Source: Octopus sinensis (taxonomy: Eukaryota). Taken from it: 64,000 bases of DNA. The DNA lies in the NCBI RefSeq assembly GCF_006345805.1, contig NC_043022.1, positions 1,984,001 through 2,048,000 of the forward strand. Reading direction: 5' to 3'. A program made the translations under genes and the position numbers. Under the pieces are notes generated by a model. It searched no databases. It was given only the letters and a program-made list of their open reading frames with translations, and had not been told where the DNA came from. Positions 38,676 to 52,600 of this stretch are shown here, piece by piece (within the stretch, counting starts at the first letter, position 1; each line of letters opens with the position of its first letter).

Positions 38676-38929
38676 TAAAGAGAACATACATACGTACATA
38701 CATACTCACATTCATACATACATATCTGATGGTCTCCTTTCTCTCTCTATCCAATCTGAAAATATTTCTGAGTTCAATTCCCACCAAAGTTTACTTTGGT
38801 CGTTCATGCTCTCAGAGTCAAACAAAATAAAGTACCAGGGTTGTGGGGTGGGGGGGATTGGCCTAATTGAGTGCCCCCCTCCCCCTTCAAAACTGCTGGG
38901 CTTGTGTCCAAATTTGAAGCAATTGTAAT

Positions 38930-39300
38930 TTGCACTACTACTACTACTACCACCACCACCACCTCTACTACTGCTGCTGCTAATACTACTACTACTACAA
39001 CTATGGTTGCTGCTGCTACTACTGCAGCTACTACTACTACTACTACTGCTGCTGCTACTACTACTACAACTAAGGTTCTGCTGCTGCTACTACTACTACT
39101 ACTACTACAGTTACTGCTGCTGCTTCTACTACTACTACTGCTGCTGCTGCCACTGCTGTTGCCATTGGTGCTACTACTACTGCTTGCTGCTACTACTACT
39201 ACTACTACACTATTTCTGCTACTCTGCTACTGTTATTATTATCATAATTATTATTATTATTGTTATTATTATTATATTTATTATTATTATTATTATTATT
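38930..39300. repeat. (CTA/CTG)n then (TTA)n tract
   Basis: Seen directly. Confidence 0.92.
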
Positions 39301-39852
39301 GAGTGAGCGAGCAGAGCATGCCATCAAAGTGACACTGGGGTAAAATATACGAAGCCCAATATACCCATCATGACTACCCGCCTGATAAGGGTACACCAGG
39401 CACATGCATCACAACCATATGTGCGCGACATGGTGATCTCATATCAAGATAAACAGCACATGACCTTGCAGGTGGGGCCCAGTTAGAATTTTCTTCAGGT
39501 TGAGTAGCCCATCCCGCTCAAAAGGTCCCTGAATAAGGGTTGTTTAAGGATGTTGAAAGAACCACCCATGTTTCCAGAGGTGAACTATTCAAACCCCAAA
39601 GAATCCCTCTCAACACATGGCTATGATGCTCCCCCACTACTTCTGCTCGTGATCAAGATGCACATATCGTCAGCCACTAAGGGACATGCTCAACTGGTTA
39701 AGGTCAACAACTGACAAGCAAATCTGTGGTATTGAGCAGAATATTTGCTGTAACCCATCTTTTATACCAAGACAAAACAATGTACACGATAACACTTCCA
39801 ATCAGTTAAGATCAGAAGCCATGAGAGCCACTGTCTGGTACTGCATCAGGGC
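39301..39852 (-). mobile_element. Family F element, second copy, within (TTA)n
   Basis: Reverse complement of 6150-6696; (TTA)n on both sides. Confidence 0.8.
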
Positions 39853-39854
39853 TA

Positions 39855-39859
39855 TTATG

Positions 39860-39891
<32 letters not shown>

Positions 39892-39896
39892 CATTA

Positions 39897-39947
<51 letters not shown>

Positions 39948-40062
39948 CATTATTAATTATTATTATTAATTATTATTATTATTATCATCATCATCATTAT
40001 TATCATTATTAATTATTATTATTATTATCATCATTATTATTATTATTATTATCATTATTAAT

Positions 40063-40094
<32 letters not shown>

Positions 40095-40141
40095 ATTATC
40101 ATTATCATCATTATCATTATTAATTATTATTATTATTAATA

Positions 40142-40173
<32 letters not shown>

Positions 40174-40552
40174 CATTATTATCATTATTATTATTATTGC
40201 TATCATGGAAATTCACCCATAATTAAATGAGATCTGTCAACACCAACACTGATCGGATGAGATGCATCGAAATCTCTACTACAGCCGAGACGCAGACGTT
40301 TGAAACTTGACTGCTTTCATTTAGGGAATTTTGCTGACACTTACCATCTGACATTCCTGAAATTCTTTAGGGATAACAACCTTTGCATAAACAAGCACTT
40401 TGATACAACTGACACATACGCACACACATATAGGCATACACACACACACACACACACATGCACACACAACACACACACACACACACACACATTCAAATAT
40501 GCATACAAGTGGGCAGGTGTGCAGACACATGTAGGCACACACACACACGTCT

Positions 40553-40627
<75 letters not shown>

Positions 40628-40780
40628 GGAGGGGGCGTATATACACATTTATATATATATACATTTATATATATATATGCATATATATATACATATATTA
40701 GTGTATGTGTGTGTAATATATATATATATATACATACACACACACACACATATATATATACATATATATACACATATATA

Positions 40781-40827
<47 letters not shown>

Positions 40828-40831
40828 GTGC

Positions 40832-40862
<31 letters not shown>

Positions 40863-41306
40863 CTTATATGTGTGTGTGTGTGTATATATATTTATACACG
40901 CACACACACATGCACTTATATACATACAAGTGGGGCAGATGTGCAGACATGTTAAGGAGCTCTTCATTCTTTTGTTAATGGTGTCCTTCTGCCCCACACC
41001 TGCCTCCTGCTGCCCTCCCCTCCCCCCTCTGCTCTCTACCTAAATCAATAAATTCTTGCCGGTTGCTAATGTTGCTTCCACAGATCCTGTCCCTTAAGGG
41101 GACAGTGGGTTTAGGTAGGTGAACCGGGCTGCTTTCTTTTCTGTTTTCTTCTCTGATGGCGGCGGCGGTGGCGGTGATGGTGGTGGAGATGACGATGATG
41201 GTGATGATGATGATGGTGATGATGATGATGGTGATGATGGCAATGATGATGATGATGGTGATGATGATGATGATGATGGTGATGATGGTGATGGTGATGA
41301 TGATGG

Positions 41307-41355
<49 letters not shown>

Positions 41356-41460
41356 GATGATGGCGATGTTGATAAGGTGGTGTTGGTGAGGTTGATGATA
41401 ATGGTGGTGGTGGTGATGATGATGATGATGCTGGCGATAACGACGATAACAATGATGATG
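39855..41460. repeat. (ATT)n array 39855-40200, (CA)/(TA)n 40420-40930, (GAT/GGT)n 41160-41460
   Basis: Seen directly. Confidence 0.92.
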
Positions 41461-41826
41461 ACATTGATGGGAGTTCCTGTCAATGATGCTAGTGGTGTTG
41501 ATGACAGGAATCTGAAAGCGATAATGTAATAGATGGGAGTTAATCGCACAGAAGTGGTGTCGATAGTGATGTAGTGGGGGTTGTAGTGGTAGTGGTAGCA
41601 AAGCTGGGTGGTAATGGTGAAAGACAGGTGATGGCTGTAGTAGGTGACAGCGATACGAGTGGAAGTGGGAGTGGGAGCAGGAAGGTAACAGTGTGATGGT
41701 AGTAGTAGGCAGGTGACAGAAGAAATGGTAGTCTTGGCGGGAGCAGTTATGGTGATTGTGGTGGTCGTAGTAACAGGCAAGAGATTGCAACTTGTGTTGG
41801 TTATAGATGTGTATATATATAAACAC

Positions 41827-42210
41827 GTGGAGGCGCAATGGCCCAGTGGTTAGGGCAGCGGACTCGCGGTCGTAGGATCGCGGTTTCGATTCCCAGACCG
41901 GGCATTGTGAGTGTTTATTGAGCGAAAACACCTAAAGCTCCACGAGGTTCCGGCAGGGATGGTGGTGATCCCTGCTGTACTCTTTCACCACAACTTTCTC
42001 TCACTCTTACTTCTTGTTTCTGTTGTACCTGTATTTCAAAGGGCCGGCCTTGTCACTTTCTGTGTCACGCTGAATATCCCCGAGAACTACGTTAAGGGTA
42101 CACGTGTCTGTGGAGTGCTCAGCCACTTACACGTTAATTTCACGAGCAGGCTGTTCCATTGATTTGGATCAACCGGAACCCTCGTTGTCGTAACCGATGG
42201 AGTGTTTCCA
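41827..42210 (+). mobile_element. Family C SINE, full length
   Basis: TSD ATATATAAACA (41815-41825, 42214-42224). Confidence 0.93.
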
Positions 42211-42359
42211 TCCATATATAAACATATGGCAAATATAAAAAATTGAGAGGACAAAGGAACAAATGTTTATCTTATGCACTTCATTAGCTTACAGCTGTTT
42301 CTGCAATAAGATGCAGTGCCTGACAGTCATCTTATAGCTTCATCAGAGCCTCACACAAA

Positions 42360-42737
42360 GTGGGCTGTTTGGTTAGTAGCTTGCTTCCCAACCACATGGT
42401 TTTGGATTCAGCCCCACTGCGTGGCATCTTGGGCAAGTGTCTTCTAGTATAGCCTCGGGCCAACCAAGGCCTTGTGAGAGGATTTGCTAGACAGAAGTTG
42501 AAAGAAGCCCATTGTATATATATATTTAAGTGTATATGTTTCTGTGTCTGTATGTGTCCTCCCATCATCGCTTGACTGATGTTGGTGTGTTTATGGCCTC
42601 GTAACTTAGCAGTTAGGCAAAAGAGTCCAATAGAATATGTACTAGTCTTACAAAGAATTAGTCCTGGGGTTGATTTGTTCGACTAAATGTGGTGCTCCAG
42701 CATGGCTGCTGTAAAATGACTTAAAAAAATAAAAGAA
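42360..42737 (+). mobile_element. Family A SINE
   Basis: GGTTAGTAGCTTGCTTCCCAACCACATGG head; GTGCTCCAGCATGGC tail. Confidence 0.85.
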
Positions 42738-42891
42738 TATATATCTGATGATGGCTTAACTGGCCAAAACTTCGAAGTCACTATCAATGCTATTCTTGTT
42801 AAAGAATAATAAATCTATACTCTACCAACTGGATTGAGTAATTTTTCAATTTAATGTAAAATTGTTTTTATTATAGTATTAAAAACAGATA

Positions 42892-43117
42892 TTAACCCTT
42901 TAATATTCGGATTCCTCTGCCAAATGTAATACTTATTTATCCAGATTATTTGGAATTAATCATGCATTATCTCGTAGCTTTGAAATTTTTATTGTGTTAA
43001 TGTCTATTTTTAGTATGACATTGCAGGTTGAGTGTGAGAGGCCAGATCAGGCCAGTTTGAATATAAAGCAGAAAGGATATTTGAGCCTGATATGACCATT
43101 TTAAATATCAAAGGGTT

Positions 43118-43119
<2 letters not shown>
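42892..43119 (+). mobile_element. TTAA-bounded MITE, type 2 (piggyBac-like termini)
   Basis: TTAACCCTTT...AAAGGGTTAA; related pieces at 54590-54793 and 56355-57154. Confidence 0.75.
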
Positions 43120-43154
<35 letters not shown>

Positions 43155-43158
<4 letters not shown>

Positions 43159-43393
43159 CACCATCCGTTCGTGGCCGTTTGCCACTCTGGTCTGGCACCA
43201 GTGCGGGTGGCACGTAAAAAGCACCCACTACACTCACACGGAGTGGTTGGCGTTAGGAAGGGCATCCAGCCGTAGAAACACTGCCAGATTTGACTGGGCC
43301 TGATGAAGCCTTCTGGCTTCACAGACCCCAGTAGAACCGTCCAACCCATGCTAGCATGGAAAACGGACGCTAAACGATGATGATGATGATGAT
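43155..43393 (+). mobile_element. Family E element with (GAT)n tail
   Basis: GGTGGCACGTAAAAAGCACC...GGACGCTAAACGATGATG. Confidence 0.85.
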
Positions 43394-43432
43394 ATATATA
43401 ATATATACATATATATATATATATATAATATA

Positions 43433-43472
<40 letters not shown>

Positions 43473-43518
43473 TATATATATATATATATTATATATATAT
43501 ATATATATTATATATATA

Positions 43519-43657
43519 TAATCAAAATAAGCAACAGGATATCCAAGGTAGTGTAGTACAATTGTTTCATGCTACTTCATTTAATTAAACACTGTAAGTA
43601 GCATGAAACGATTGTACTGCACTACCTTTGGATATCCTTGTTGCTTATTTTGATTAT
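43519..43657. mobile_element. Foldback MITE-like palindrome (~58 bp arms, ~18 nt loop) at the edge of (TA)n
   Basis: ATAATCAAAATAAGCAAC...CATGCTACTT pairs with AAGTAGCATG...GTTGCTTATTTTGATTAT. Confidence 0.85.
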
Positions 43658-43755
43658 AATCACCCCATTTGATTTATATGGATAATACCATACCAACTTC
43701 TGTTGCCTTTAGCTTAAGTACCATATTCAACTGAATCTAAATTTTTGCTGAACTA

Positions 43756-44115
43756 TCATCATCATCATCGTCGTCGTTTAGCGTCCGTTTTCCATGCTAG
43801 CATGGGTTGGACGGTTCTACTGGGGTCTGTGAAGCCAGAAGGCTGCATCAGGCCCAGTCAAATCTGGCAGTGTTTCTACGGCTGGATGCCCTTCCTAACG
43901 CCAACCACTCCGTGAGTGTAGTGGGTGCTTTTTACGTGCCACCGCACAGGTGCCAGACAGAGCTGGCAAACGGCCACGACGGATGGTGCTTTTTATGTGC
44001 CACCGGCACAAGGGCCAGGCGAGGCTGCAACGGACACGAAACGGGGCGGTGCTGGCAACGGTCGCGAAACGGAAGGTTCTCTTACATGCCACCGGCACTG
44101 GTAACACATCTGCAA
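43756..44115 (-). mobile_element. Family E element, inverted relative to the 43155 copy
   Basis: Reverse complement over about 225 bp. Confidence 0.85.
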
Positions 44116-44143
44116 TTTCCATTGATCGATTTCCATTATATAT

Positions 44144-44176
<33 letters not shown>

Positions 44177-44647
44177 TATACACATGCACACACTCACACA
44201 CACATAGACAGATATATGTATGCATATGTAGTTATATGTCTGTGGTCTGTGAGAGCAAATGTGCATGAGTGTTGACGTTCTATACTTGTCACTATTTAAG
44301 TAAAGCAGTGATGATGTTGACATTCCTTGTTGACATTATGACCATTCAAAACACTCTGCACTTCTGGAATGAAAAATCCCTAATCAGATGAAGGTTGGTG
44401 AAAGAAAGAGCGTCCAACTGTAAAACCTTGCATCAGATAACTTCACCATCTAACTCATGTTATCACAACCATCCCCGTACAAACAGGGATAAAACAAATA
44501 TTAAACAAAATACCTTGGGCCCTAACACACCTCTTAACAAGAAACTGACTCCCTCACCCGTCTGGTAGTTCAGAAGAGCAGAAGATACACTAGTAGCGGA
44601 ATAAAAGAAAAAAAAAATCAAACAAGAAGAAAGAGCATGTCTGTATT

Positions 44648-44683
<36 letters not shown>

Positions 44684-44929
44684 AGGGACTTCTGGTTATG
44701 AGACACACACACACACACATATATACATCCATAATATTTTATATTTCCAGAAATGACTCAGCCTGTCTTTTTAATTGGCATCTCATTTGACTGTTTGTCG
44801 TTATCGCTTTACGAATATGTTTTCATTGAGTTTCTTAGCATCGTTAAAGTATTGTTTGCTAATGTTTAACTTTTTTTTTTTTTAAAACATAGTCTTTACA
44901 TAGTTTGCGTTTGTATGCATATGCTTATA

Positions 44930-45266
44930 CGATGACATACTTACAGATATGTGTATATGAATATATATACATACATGCATATATATATATATATATATAA
45001 ACATATGTATGTGTAGAACAAACATACACACGCATGTACACATGCATACACAAATACACACACACACACATATATACTTTATTGGCAGGCAATTGTATAC
45101 TGTGATAAAATCTATAAGTCTTTCAACGCATGTTTGTGTGAGTGTGTGTGTATATATATATATATATACACACACACACATGCACATACACACACATATA
45201 TATACATATTAATATATACACATATATATATTATATATACATACACATACTTATACATATATACAT

Positions 45267-45303
<37 letters not shown>

Positions 45304-45440
45304 CATACATATATGCATACATACGTATCCACACTCATATACATAAATATGTACATAACCATACCTGCTTACATACACATCCACATACATACACATACAA
45401 GCATTCACACACACACACACACACATACACACACACATTC
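44930..45440. repeat. (TA)n/(CA)n microsatellite
   Basis: Seen directly. Confidence 0.93.
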
Positions 45441-45982
45441 TTACATGTACCCTAAATTTCTTTTCTTCTCCCCCACTCCTTTTTTCCCCTTCTCCCTACA
45501 ACAATCTTCCAAATTTATCAAGTGTGCTGCCAGAAAGGAGAGTCTCTTACTGACTCATACGATCTGATACGTACATTCATTCAACTTATAGTTGTTGCTT
45601 GCTTATAACATAATCCTGTGCCTGGTACCCCCCCTCCGCACCACCACCACCACCACCACCACCACCCATCTTTCTTACTCTCTCTGTCTACAGGAGGAAG
45701 CTATTTAACAGTAGTTTAGGGATGTAAGAGGCTCTGTTACCTGTCACTGACAAAGACGTGTGCACATTTGCATGCATGTTTGTAATGGGTGATGCTCCAG
45801 CATGGCCTGAGTCTTGATACTTAAAGCAAGTTAAAGAATATTGTATGTGTGTGTGTGTGTGTGTGTGTGAATGGATATGAAGAGTCGTGTAAATTGCTGA
45901 GAGCAAAAATAGACATGAAACAAACGATTACTTTCTGTGACCGACCACAACAAATGACAATATATATACATATATATATATA

Positions 45983-46590
45983 TCATCATCATCATCATCA
46001 TCATCATCATCGTTTAACGTCCGTTCTCCATGCTAGCATGGGTTGGACGGTTCGACCGGGGATCTGGGAAGCCAGAAGGCTGCACCAGGCTCCGGTCTGA
46101 TCTGGCAATGTTTCTACAGCTGGATGCCCTTCCTAATGCCAACCACTCCGTGAGTGTAGTGGGTGCTTTTTATGTGCCACCTGCACTGGTGCCAGGCGAG
46201 GCTGGCATTGGCCATGGTCAGATTGGTGCATTTTACATGCCACCTGCACTGGTGCCAGGCGAGGCTGGCATTGGCCATGGTCAGATTGGTGCATTTTACA
46301 TGCCACCTGCACTGGTGCCAGGCGAGGCTGGCATTGGCCATGGTCAGATTGGTGCATTTTACATGCCACCTGCACGGAAGCCAGTCGAGGCGGCACTGGC
46401 TTCAGCCACGATTCGGATAGTGCTTTTTACATGCTACCGACACGGAAGCCAGTCGAGGCAGCGCTGGCATCGGCCACGATTCGGATAGTGCTTTTTACGT
46501 ATCTCCAGTCTAGGGGTCCTGGCATCTGCCGGGTGCCAGTCATAGGATTTGTTCAATTTCGATTCCGATTTCGATTTCACTTGCCCCAAC
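45983..46590 (-). mobile_element. Family E element with a 63 bp unit repeated three times
   Basis: GCCACCTGCAC at 46176, 46239, 46302 and once more at ~46365. Confidence 0.85.
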
Positions 46591-46639
46591 AGGTCTTCAC
46601 AAGGAAAGGGGGGTTGGCATATATATATATATATATATC

Positions 46640-46677
<38 letters not shown>

Positions 46678-46696
46678 ATATATATATACATATATT

Positions 46697-46990
46697 GTGA
46701 GGCCTTGTGAGTGGATATGCTAGAGAGAAATTGAAAGAAGTCCGTTGTATATATATATATATATATAAAACTGTATATGTTTGTGTGTCTGTGTGTGTCC
46801 TCCCACCATCGCTTGACCGATGTTGGTGTGTTTACGTCCCCGTAATGTAGCAGTTTGTCAAAAGAATCCAATAGAATAAGTACTAGGCTTACAAAGAATA
46901 AGCCCTGGGGTCAATTTATTTGACTAAAGGCAGTGCTCCAGCATGGCCGCAGTCAGGTGACTGAAACAAATAAAAGAACATAAAAGAATA
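46697..46990 (+). mobile_element. Family A SINE, 5'-truncated
   Basis: GCCTTGTGAGTGGAT...GACTGAAACAAATAAAAGAA. Confidence 0.8.
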
Positions 46991-47529
46991 TATATTCATA
47001 TCTGATGATGTGGGGGGGGGAGTCAGGTGGAAACACAGTACAGGTGAAGTAAAGGATGGGCAGTGAGAGATATCTCTTACTGGTGTTGGTAATAGTAGTA
47101 GTAGTAGCAGCAGAAGTAACAGTAGTAGTAGTAACTGTAATGGCAGTAGTAACAGTAATAGTTGTAGTTACTGTAGTAGTAATAGTAACGGCAGCAGCAA
47201 ATGTTGTTGTTGTTGCTCTTTAGCCCTGGGCCAGACCTACCAAAGCAGACAAAACTGTAATAAGTTATTCCAGGTGGTGACCAGACCGTCAAATTTTTTC
47301 TTCTGGAATAAGGTACCCTGAACAACAACAGTAATTGCATGAATAATTTTATAAAACTGCTAAGTGTGGTATGAGGGAGACTGTGTTGTTACTTCTAGCA
47401 AGTTGAACAAAAATGTAAAAGGCTCCTGCATTAACTCATATTACATATTTGTCAAGTAAAGAATGAAAACGGTTCCTGCAACAGGCTTCCACACAGTTTC
47501 AACTTGCCAGGGGCTGTGATGCCACATAG

Positions 47530-49285
47530 AAAGCATCTGTTCTGGTGCCATGAAAGAAGCACCTGTGGTGGTGCCATGCAAAATGTAACTGTTCTGATGC
47601 CACAGAAAACTGTAATAAGTTATTCCAGGTTGTGACCAGACTCTCATATTTTCGTTTGGAATAAGGTACCCCGAACAACAACAACAATGATCGCATGCAT
47701 AATTTTATAAAACTGCAGTGGTCCCACGTAAAAAGCATTTGTGCTGGTGCTATGTAGAAAACACCTGAGCAGGTCCCGCAAAAGAAGCACCTGTGCTGGT
47801 GCCATGTAAAATGTACCTGTTCTGATGCCACAGAAAAAGTACCTGTGCTGGTGGTATGTAGAAAACACCTGTGCAGATACCATGAAAGAAGCACCTGTGC
47901 TGGTGCCATGTAAAATGTACCTGTTCTGATGCCACAGAAAAAGTACCTGTGCTGGTGGTATGTAGAAAACACCTGTGCAGGTACCATGAAAGAAGCACCT
48001 GTGCTGGTGCCATGTAAAATGTACCTGTTCTGATGCCACAGGAAAAAGTACCTGTGCTGGTGGTATGTAGAAAAACCTGTGCAGGTACCATGAAAGAAGA
48101 CACCTGTGCTGGTGCCATGTAAAATGTACCTGTTCTGATGCCACAGAAAAAGTACCTGTGCTGGTGGTATGTAGAAAACACCTGTGCAGGTACCATGAAA
48201 GAAGCACCTGTGCTGGTGCCATGTAAAATGTACCTGTTCTGATGCCACAGAAAAAGTACCTGTGCTGGTGGTATGTAGAAAACACCTGTGCAGGTACCAT
48301 GAAAGAAGCACCTGTGCTGGTGCCATGTAAAATGTACCTGTTCTGATGCCACAGAAAAAGTACCTGTGCTGGTGGTATGTAGAAAACACCTGTGCAGGTA
48401 CCATGAAAGAAGCACCTGTGCTGGTGCCATGTAAAATGTACCGTTTCTGATTGCCACAGAAAAAGTACCGTGTGGTGGTATGTAGAAAACACCTGTGCAG
48501 GTACCATGAAAGAAGCACCTGTGCTGGTGGCCATGTAAAATGTACCTGTTCTGATGCCACAGAAAAAGTACCTGTGCTGTGGTATGTAAAAACACCTGTG
48601 CAGGTACCATGAAAGAAGCACCTGTGCTGGTGCCATGTAAAATGTACCTGTTCTGATGCCACAGAAAAAAAGTACCTGTGCTGGTGGTATGTAAAAACAC
48701 CTGTGCAGGTACCATGAAAGAAGCACCTGTGCTGGTGCCATGTAAAATGTACCTGTTCTGATGCCACAGAAAAAGTACCTGTGCTGGTGGTATGTAGAAA
48801 ACACCTGTGCAGGTACCATGAAAGAAGCACCTGTGATGGTGCCATGTAAAATGTACTTGTTCTGATGCCACAGAAAAAGTAACTGTGCTGGTGGTATGTA
48901 GAAAACACCTGTGCAGGTACCATGAAAGAAGCACCTGTGCTGGTGGTATGCAGAAAAGACCTGTGCAGGTACCATGAAAGAAGCACCTGTGCTGGTGCCA
49001 TGTAAAATGTACCTGTTCTGATGCCACAGAAAAAGTACCTGTGGTGGTGCCATGTAAAAAGCATTTGTGCTTTTGCTATGTAGAAAGCACCTGTGCAGGT
49101 GCCACAAAAGAAGCACCAAGTTCACTCTGTAAAATGGTTGGTGTTAGGAAGGGTGTCCAGCCACAGAAACCTTACCAAGACAGACAATTGGAGCCTGGTG
49201 CAGCTCTCCAACATGCCAGCTCCTATCAAACCATGCAACCCATACCAGCATGGAAAACAGACATTGAATGATGATGATGATGATG
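47530..49285 (+). repeat. 104 bp higher-order minisatellite (four 26 bp subunits, about 12 copies) running into a family E 3' end
   Basis: ATGAAAGAAG at 47882 and 47986; E tail GGTTGGTGTTAGGAAGGG...(GAT)n at 49135-49285. Confidence 0.9.
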
Positions 49286-49624
49286 AGGTTTTCTTTCATA
49301 AGAGAGTGATCAGCCGAAGGTTATAGTTGAAGACAATTGCTTTAGGCGTTATGCAATAGGATTAAATTTAGGAAAGGAACAGCTGTGAACTTCTAAGCTC
49401 CACAACCATTGGATTAAAAGGTTCCGGGATTAAGGCTAACCGGCGAACCTCTTGGCTGAATGCTGTTTGTTTGCCAATTTACATTCTGTTGGGTCATGCT
49501 TTTGTTCAGAAAATGGAAAGGAAATCTCCTGGAAAAAGCTACTAATGCCATGCTTTTATATATATATATATTTTTTTTGTAGGTTGAGAAAGATACGGGG
49601 CGGGGGAGAAAGCACACAGACAGA

Positions 49625-52600
49625 GGAGTGGCATGGATTAACAGAGAGAGAGAGAGAGAGAAGAGAGAAGAAGAGAGAGAGAGAGAGAGAGAGAGTGACT
49701 AGAGAGAGAGAACACATAGAGAAGAGACACAACCCATAGAGAGAGAGAGCCTAGAGAGAAGAGAGCACATAGAGAGAGAGAACACATAGAGAGAGAGAAC
49801 ACATAGAAGAGAGAGAGACTGAGAGAGAGAACACATATAGAGAGAGACACACTAGAGAGAGAGAACACATAGAGAGAAGAACACTAGAAAGAGAGAGAGA
49901 GACTAAGAGAGAGAACACATAAGAGAGAGAACACATAGAGATAGAGAGACATAGAGAAGAGAGAACACTATAGAGAGAGAACACATAGAGAGAGAGACAA
50001 CACATAGAGAGAGAGAGAGACATAGAGAGAGAGAACACATAAGAGAAGAGAACACATAGAGAGAGAGAGAGACATAGAGAGAGAGAACACATAGAGAGAG
50101 TTAGACACATAGAGAGAGAGAACACATAGAGAGAGGACACATAGAGAGAGAGAGCACATAGAGAGAGAGAGAGACATAGAGAGAGAGAACACATAGAGAA
50201 GAGAACACATAGAGAGAGAGAGCACATAGAGAGAAGAGAGAGAGACATAGAGAGAGAGACACAGAGAGAGAGAGAACACATAGAGAGAGATAACACATAT
50301 AGAGAGATAGAGATACATAGAGAGAGAACACATAGAGAGAGAGAACAGAGAGAGAGAGAGACATAGAGAGAGAAACACACAGATAGAGAGAGAGAACCAC
50401 ATAAGAAGAGAGAGAGCATAGAGAAGATAACACATAGATAGAGAGAACACTAGAGAGAGAGAATAGAGACATAGATAGACGAAAAACATAGAGAGAGAGA
50501 GACACATAGAGAGAGAAACCACATCTAGATATAGATACACATAGAGAGAGAGAGGAGACAAATAGAGAGAGAGAAACATAGAGAGATGAGGTAGACAGTA
50601 GAGAGAGAGAGAACACATATAGAGAGATAACACATAGAGAGAGATACACAAGAGAGAGAGAGAAGACATAGAGAGAGAAACACATAGAGAGAGAAACACA
50701 TAGATATAGAGAACACATAGAGAGAGAGAACACATAGAGAGAGAGAGAAACATAGAGATAGAACACATAGAGAGAGAAGACACATAGAGAGATAGAACAC
50801 ATAGAGAGAGAGAACAGATAGATAGAGAACATAGATAGAGAACACATAGAGAGAGAGAACACATATAGAGAGAGACACATAGAGATAGACACACATAGAG
50901 AGAGAGAACACATATAGAGAGAGAGAAGACATAGAGAGAGAGAACACATAGAGAGAGAGATAGAAGAGACATAGAGATAGAGAACACATAGAGAGAGAGA
51001 TAACACATAGAGAGAGAGAACACATAGATAGAGAGAACACATAGAGAGAGAGAGAGACACATAGAGAGAGAGAACACATAGAGAGAGAGAACACATAGAT
51101 AGATAGAGAGACCATAGAGAGAGAGAACACATAGAGAGAGAGACACAGAGAGATAGAGAACACATAGAGAGAGAGAACACATAGAGAGAGAAGAGAGAGA
51201 CATAGAGAGAGAAACACATAGAGAGAGAGAACACCTAGAGAGAGAGAGACACATAGAGAGAGAACACATAGAGAGAGAACACATAGAGAGAGAGATAGAA
51301 CATATAGAGAGAACACATAGAGAGATAGAACACAATAGAGAGAGAACCCATAGAGGAGAGAGAAGACATAGAGAGAGAGAACACATAGAGAGAGAGAACA
51401 CATAGAGAGAGAGAACACATAGAGAGAGAGAACACATAGAGAGAGAGAGAGAAACATAGAGATAGAACACATAGAGAGAGAAGACACATAGAGAGATAGA
51501 ACACATAGAGAGAGAGAACAGATAGATAGAGAACATAGATAGAGAACACATAGAGAGAGAGAACACATATAGAGAGAGACACATAGAGATAGACACACAT
51601 AGAGAGAGAGAACACATATAGAGAGAGAGAAGACATAGAGAGAGAGAACACATAGAGAGAGAGATAGAAGAGACATAGAGATAGAGAACACATAGAGAGA
51701 GAGATAACACATAGAGAGAGAGAACACATAGATAGAGAGAACACATAGAGAGAGAGAGAGACACATAGAGAGAGAGAACACATAGAGAGAGAGAACACAT
51801 AGATAGATAGAGAGACCATAGAGAGAGAGAACACATAGAGAGAGAGACACAGAGAGATAGAGAACACATAGAGAGAGAGAACACATAGAGAGAGAAGAGA
51901 GAGACATAGAGAGAGAAACACATAGAGAGAGAGAACACCTAGAGAGAGAGAGACACATAGAGAGAGAACACATAGAGAGAGAACACATAGAGAGAGAGAT
52001 AGAACATATAGAGAGAACACATAGAGAGAGAGAACACATAGAGAGAGAGAGAGACATAGAGAGAGAGAACACATAGAGAGAGAGAACACATAGAGAGAGA
52101 GAGACATAGAGAGAGAGACACATAGAGAGAGAGAACACATAGAGAGAGAGAGACACATAGAGAGAGAGAACACATAGAGAGAGAGAACACATAGAGAGAG
52201 AGAGAGAGACATAGAGAGAGAGAACACATAGAGAGAGAGAACACATAGAGAGAGAGAGACACATAGAGAGAGAGAACACATAGAGAGAGAGACACATAGA
52301 GAGAGAGAGAGAGACATAGAGAGAGAGAACACATAGAGAGAGAACACATATAGAGAAGAGAGACATAGAGAGAGAGAACACATAGAGAGAAGAAACACAT
52401 ATAGAGAGAGCTAGAGACATAGAGGAGAGAACACATTAGAGAGAGAGAACACATAGAAGAGAGAGAGACATAGAGAGAGAGAACACAAGAGAGAGAGAGA
52501 CACATAGAGAGAGAGAACACATAGATAGAGAGAACACATAGAGAGAGATAACACATATAGAGAGAGAGAGAGACATAGAGAGAGAACACATAGAGAGAGA

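Noticed and set aside
47499-49125. 425-521 aa repetitive ORFs
   Set aside because: Produced by the 104 bp tandem repeat; the unit is not a multiple of 3 and frames switch at indels
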